60,256 nt of DNA from positions 1-60,256 of the forward strand of contig CALJHG010000006.1 in assembly GCA_938075585.1 (NCBI GenBank), in the 5' to 3' direction. Shown here piece after piece: positions 57,056 to 60,256 of the stretch. Both the position numbers and the translations under genes were made by a program. The stretch is from an uncultured Gammaproteobacteria bacterium. GTDB taxonomy: Bacteria; Pseudomonadota; Gammaproteobacteria; Ga0077536. The notes under the pieces are model-generated. The model saw only the letters and a list, made by a program, of their open reading frames with translations, did not search any database and was not told where the DNA came from. The stretch's first letter is position 1, and each line of letters starts with the position of its first letter.

Positions 57056-58255
57056 ATGCACAAACTGATTACCAAGAAAGTTATAGAAACTATTCACCTT
57101 TCAGAGGGTAGAGAATTACTGCTGAGAGATACCGAACTAAAAGGATTCGGTATACGGATTAGTCCTTCAGGAAACAAGACCTTCTTTGCAGAAGGGAACT
57201 TCAATAGAAGTCGTCAAACTAAAAGACGTTCTTTGGGACGCTACCCTATTGTCCCTCTGGACACGGCGAGAGGAAAAGCTAGAGAACTCCTGTACCAGTG
57301 GTACATCGGTATGGATATAGAGAAACAGCATATGAAGACTGCTCAAGAGGCAGTAAATACCTTCACTCTGGAAGAGACTATTAATCGTTATTTTTCCTCT
57401 CGCTCGTTAAAGAGCGAAGCAGATTACAGACAGGTAACAAGGAGAGTATTCGGAGATTGGTTCGATAGACCTGTCAGGTCTCTAACCAGAGAAGATATCG
57501 AGAAACGATACTGTGACAGAGTATTTAAAAAGGGCTGTAAAGCACAGACGAATAAGGCGATGAGATATCTCAATGCCATTCTTAATTTCGCCTCAGCGGA
57601 GACGATAAACGGTACTCATCTCTTGCTTTCAAACCCTGTTCAAGTCCTCTCAGATAAGCGTTATGACCGCTCTGTGAAGCCTAAAAAAACCTTTATAGAA
57701 GCTTCTCAATTATCTGGTTGGGTAAACGCTGTTAACTCTTTGTGCACTCCTCTGGCAAGGGATTTATTGCTCCTTCAGATACAGACAGGATTAAGAGACA
57801 GTGAGGCTAAAGGACTCCTTTGGGAAGATGTAGACTTCGAAAATAGACTGTTCACCGTCAGGAATACGAAGAACGGTAGTGACCTTACTATCCCTATGTC
57901 AGAGCAGCTATATGGTCTATTGTCAGAGAGAAAGAATACTGCTACTTCGGATATCTATGTTTTTCCGAATAAGACCCAGATAGGTCCTGTGACTTCTATT
58001 CGGAAACAGAAAGATAAGGTAATAGGAGCGACAGGAATACAGTTTACTCATCACTGTTTAAGGAGAACCTTTGCATCTTTGCTTAACAAGGAATTAAGTA
58101 TCGACATACCCACGATATCTGTTCTTCTTAATCACACTCCTCAAGGAGTAACCCAGAAACATTATTTGACTTCATCACCGAAAGATTTTAGAACGGTCTA
58201 TCAACAGTTCAGTAGTATTGTTCTTAAAAACGAGGAAGTAGTCAGTGGTACTTGA
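57056..58255 (+). CDS. tyrosine recombinase/integrase with P4-like arm-binding N-terminus
   Basis: LRDTELKGFGIRISPSGNKTF, LGRYP; catalytic TGLR, TKNG, HCLRRTFAS, LLNH, KHY. Confidence 0.95.
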   Translation: MHKLITKKVIETIHLSEGRELLLRDTELKGFGIRISPSGNKTFFAEGNFNRSRQTKRRSLGRYPIVPLDTARGKARELLYQWYIGMDIEKQHMKTAQEAVNTFTLEETINRYFSSRSLKSEADYRQVTRRVFGDWFDRPVRSLTREDIEKRYCDRVFKKGCKAQTNKAMRYLNAILNFASAETINGTHLLLSNPVQVLSDKRYDRSVKPKKTFIEASQLSGWVNAVNSLCTPLARDLLLLQIQTGLRDSEAKGLLWEDVDFENRLFTVRNTKNGSDLTIPMSEQLYGLLSERKNTATSDIYVFPNKTQIGPVTSIRKQKDKVIGATGIQFTHHCLRRTFASLLNKELSIDIPTISVLLNHTPQGVTQKHYLTSSPKDFRTVYQQFSSIVLKNEEVVSGT

Positions 58256-58275
58256 TAGGCTCATAGCAAGCGAAG

Positions 58276-59670
58276 ATGTCAAACGACTCACATAGACTAC
58301 AAGACACGTCGGTTCACTTTAGCTACCCCGAGCAATTTGATGATTTCTGCGCAGACCTATGGTCTGAATTTCTAAGCGAAGCGTTTCCTCCCGCAAAAGG
58401 AGTAGGCAGACGACCTCGGGTTTCTCGCGAGGAGCAAATGCGAGTTATTTGGATGAATCTATATTGGCAATGGCATGTTGACCCTGGGCGGATTACCAGC
58501 GTCCCCATGGATGTTCGAATATATGCCAAAGATAAACACTACCAACAACTAGGATTAACCAGAATTCTACCTGACATGATTAGACATCTTATTGATACGG
58601 GCGTGCTCACACTTGTTAAGAAAGGCTCTGAAATCTCAGGCAAAATGACTCGAGTTAAGCCATCCAAAAAGCTCAGGAATCGGTTTAAGCGTTTTGCCCC
58701 TGAAATTAAGCCTGTGCAATTAAAAGATGAGAATAAAAAGCCGATTAACTACGAAGAAACAGCGGATACCTTACGATGGGGAGGCATACTAAGGCGCTAT
58801 AACGCGCTATTAGAACGAACACACATTGATGTCGGGCACTTTACGAATACAGACCATAAAAAGTACGGCTTAAACTTATCACGACGCAAACACGTCTACA
58901 GACAATTCAATAATAGTAGCTTTTCACAATATGGGCGTATTCACGGCGCTTGGTGGCAACTCCTTCCTAGCCAGTGGAGAAAAGATATTCTTATTGATGA
59001 CTTTGAAACTGTCGAGGTAGATTTCACCGCGATGTCGACATATATCACTTACGGAATAGAAGGCGTAAAGCCCCCAATGAAAGACCCTTACAAGCTGAAA
59101 ACGCCGAACGAGTTTATAGATGGTCCCACTCAGAGAAAGTTTCTAAAAAAACTTATTAGCATCGCTTATAACACTGCGAGCGATGCCGATGCACTGTGGA
59201 CGTTTTGCGAAGAGTACAAGAAAGTGGTCACGCCTGAGTTTCTGGCATTTTTTAGAAACCACGGGGAAAGCCTCCTGGAAGCCTTCAGAGATGCACACCC
59301 AGCGATAAGTAAGTACTTATGTACTAATAAAAAACATGGCTTAACGACCATGTTTGAGGATTCACAGCTTGCTATGGCACTAATTGACCACTTTACTGAC
59401 CGCGAAGTACCAATACTGACAGTACACGACTCTTTTGTAGTCCCTGAATACGAAGCTGGGAACTTAATCACCAAAATGACGTCCCTTTTCTTCGAAAGAT
59501 TTGGATTCAAACCAGACCTTAAACAAGAAAACATCAGTATGGTTCAAGCCCAAAGACTCCTAAGAGACGACCCGTTAATCAACGCTAGTCCTCTAGACTA
59601 CTTTCGCACATCTGAACGAAGTGAAGATTACTACTCAAGAAGAGAAGAATTTATAAGTAATATAGCTTAG
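58276..59670 (+). CDS. uncharacterised stand-alone family A polymerase-like (palm/fingers) protein
   Basis: YGRIHGAWWQLLP (R221), VEVDF (D249, motif A), RKFLK (R287/K291, motif B), LTVHDSF (H384/D385, motif C); no exonuclease motifs seen. Confidence 0.65.
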   Translation: MSNDSHRLQDTSVHFSYPEQFDDFCADLWSEFLSEAFPPAKGVGRRPRVSREEQMRVIWMNLYWQWHVDPGRITSVPMDVRIYAKDKHYQQLGLTRILPDMIRHLIDTGVLTLVKKGSEISGKMTRVKPSKKLRNRFKRFAPEIKPVQLKDENKKPINYEETADTLRWGGILRRYNALLERTHIDVGHFTNTDHKKYGLNLSRRKHVYRQFNNSSFSQYGRIHGAWWQLLPSQWRKDILIDDFETVEVDFTAMSTYITYGIEGVKPPMKDPYKLKTPNEFIDGPTQRKFLKKLISIAYNTASDADALWTFCEEYKKVVTPEFLAFFRNHGESLLEAFRDAHPAISKYLCTNKKHGLTTMFEDSQLAMALIDHFTDREVPILTVHDSFVVPEYEAGNLITKMTSLFFERFGFKPDLKQENISMVQAQRLLRDDPLINASPLDYFRTSERSEDYYSRREEFISNIA

Positions 59671-59675
59671 CTATC

Positions 59676-60209
59676 GACGCGTTTAAGACGCGTCTACCTT
59701 TAATTATTAAATCTCTAAATAACGCTCTTACTAAATACTTAACCTTATTCTTCCATGTTTTACATGGAATATCTTAAGGTGATTAATTGGCTATAGGTCA
59801 GAAATCATAGAATGCTTTCTTCCCTTTTAAACTCATAAAGATTACTCCCTGTGCTGCACCATATCGCACAGGAAGTATCCTCAATTCCTAACGTGTTTTA
59901 TGTACTCATAAAAAGGTAGAAAGCTACCTTGTAGCTTTACTACCTCCACCCAATATAATCTCTTAATCTTTCAACTTCCCTTCCCTCCAATATACCCATT
60001 CATTTATTAATCTAGAGTCCACAGTCGCGACCCTTTATCATAAATATATCAGAGGAAAGTACCGCCTCAGGTACTACGTCTCTCTCAATTAGGGGTATCA
60101 GCAGCACCCTTCAGAGCGATTCTAAGCCCCTCTGTGAGGTTTTGACTATTCTTGAATAAACATCTGTAAATATTGTATTTAAATCTATTAGAGAGCCTTA
60201 CAGAGCGTT
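59676..60209. other. ORF-free cluster of inverted repeats (candidate structured RNA or single-strand origin/promoter region)
   Basis: Stems at 59676-59694, 59742-59780, 59843-59877, 59896-59913, 59914-59945, 60058-60075, 60091-60111. Confidence 0.6.
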
Positions 60210-60256
60210 TAAAATGCATACAGTAACAAAGTCTAAGATGGTAGAATAAATACTAA

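Larger units (their letters stand above)
56904..60256. mobile_element. tRNA-integrated genomic island, left part; continues beyond the window
   Basis: Integrase starts 153 bp after the tRNA 3' end; IHF box and direct repeats in between; non-housekeeping cargo. Confidence 0.85.

Noticed and set aside
58276-59670. Reverse transcriptase (retron/DRT) or housekeeping polA
   Set aside because: No YxDD motif; it is too short for Pol I and shows no 5'-3' or 3'-5' exonuclease motifs.
59671-60256. CRISPR array or simple terminator cluster
   Set aside because: The hairpins differ in sequence with no repeat-spacer periodicity, no cas genes are present, and most stems lack U-tracts.

Overview
Core chromosome of a free-living Gammaproteobacterium, roughly 40% GC by eye; the taxon is inferred from gene order. 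Positions 1-56.8 kb are densely packed housekeeping genes: M23 peptidase-anmK, erpA, bactofilin, hemJ-thiD-thiE-hemL, fabA, glmU, the full atpIBEFHAGDC operon, mnmG-rsmG-parA-parB, a Gld-like ABC/DUF4340 operon, glyQS-plsC, hemB, glnA-ntrBC with sigma54 and NtrC sites, lptM-lysA, rhlB/trxA/rho, hemH, cca, folate genes and tsaD/rpsU-yqeY-dnaG-rpoD. After rpoD, tRNA-Ile2(CAT) marks the left end of an integrated element that runs off the window. It carries an attL-like region (IHF box and arm-type repeats), a P4-like tyrosine integrase, a 464-aa stand-alone protein with family A (Pol I / T7-type) polymerase palm motifs but no recognisable exonuclease domain, and about 590 bp of ORF-free, hairpin-rich DNA. 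This integrase + minimal polymerase + structured non-coding module is the best candidate for an undescribed system. Other notable items are an in-frame UppP-MsrA fusion, probable non-canonical starts in two folate genes (CTG for folK, ATT for folM), an exact 20-bp tandem duplication at the end of atpA, and an RhlB with a hydrophobic/basic N-terminal extension.
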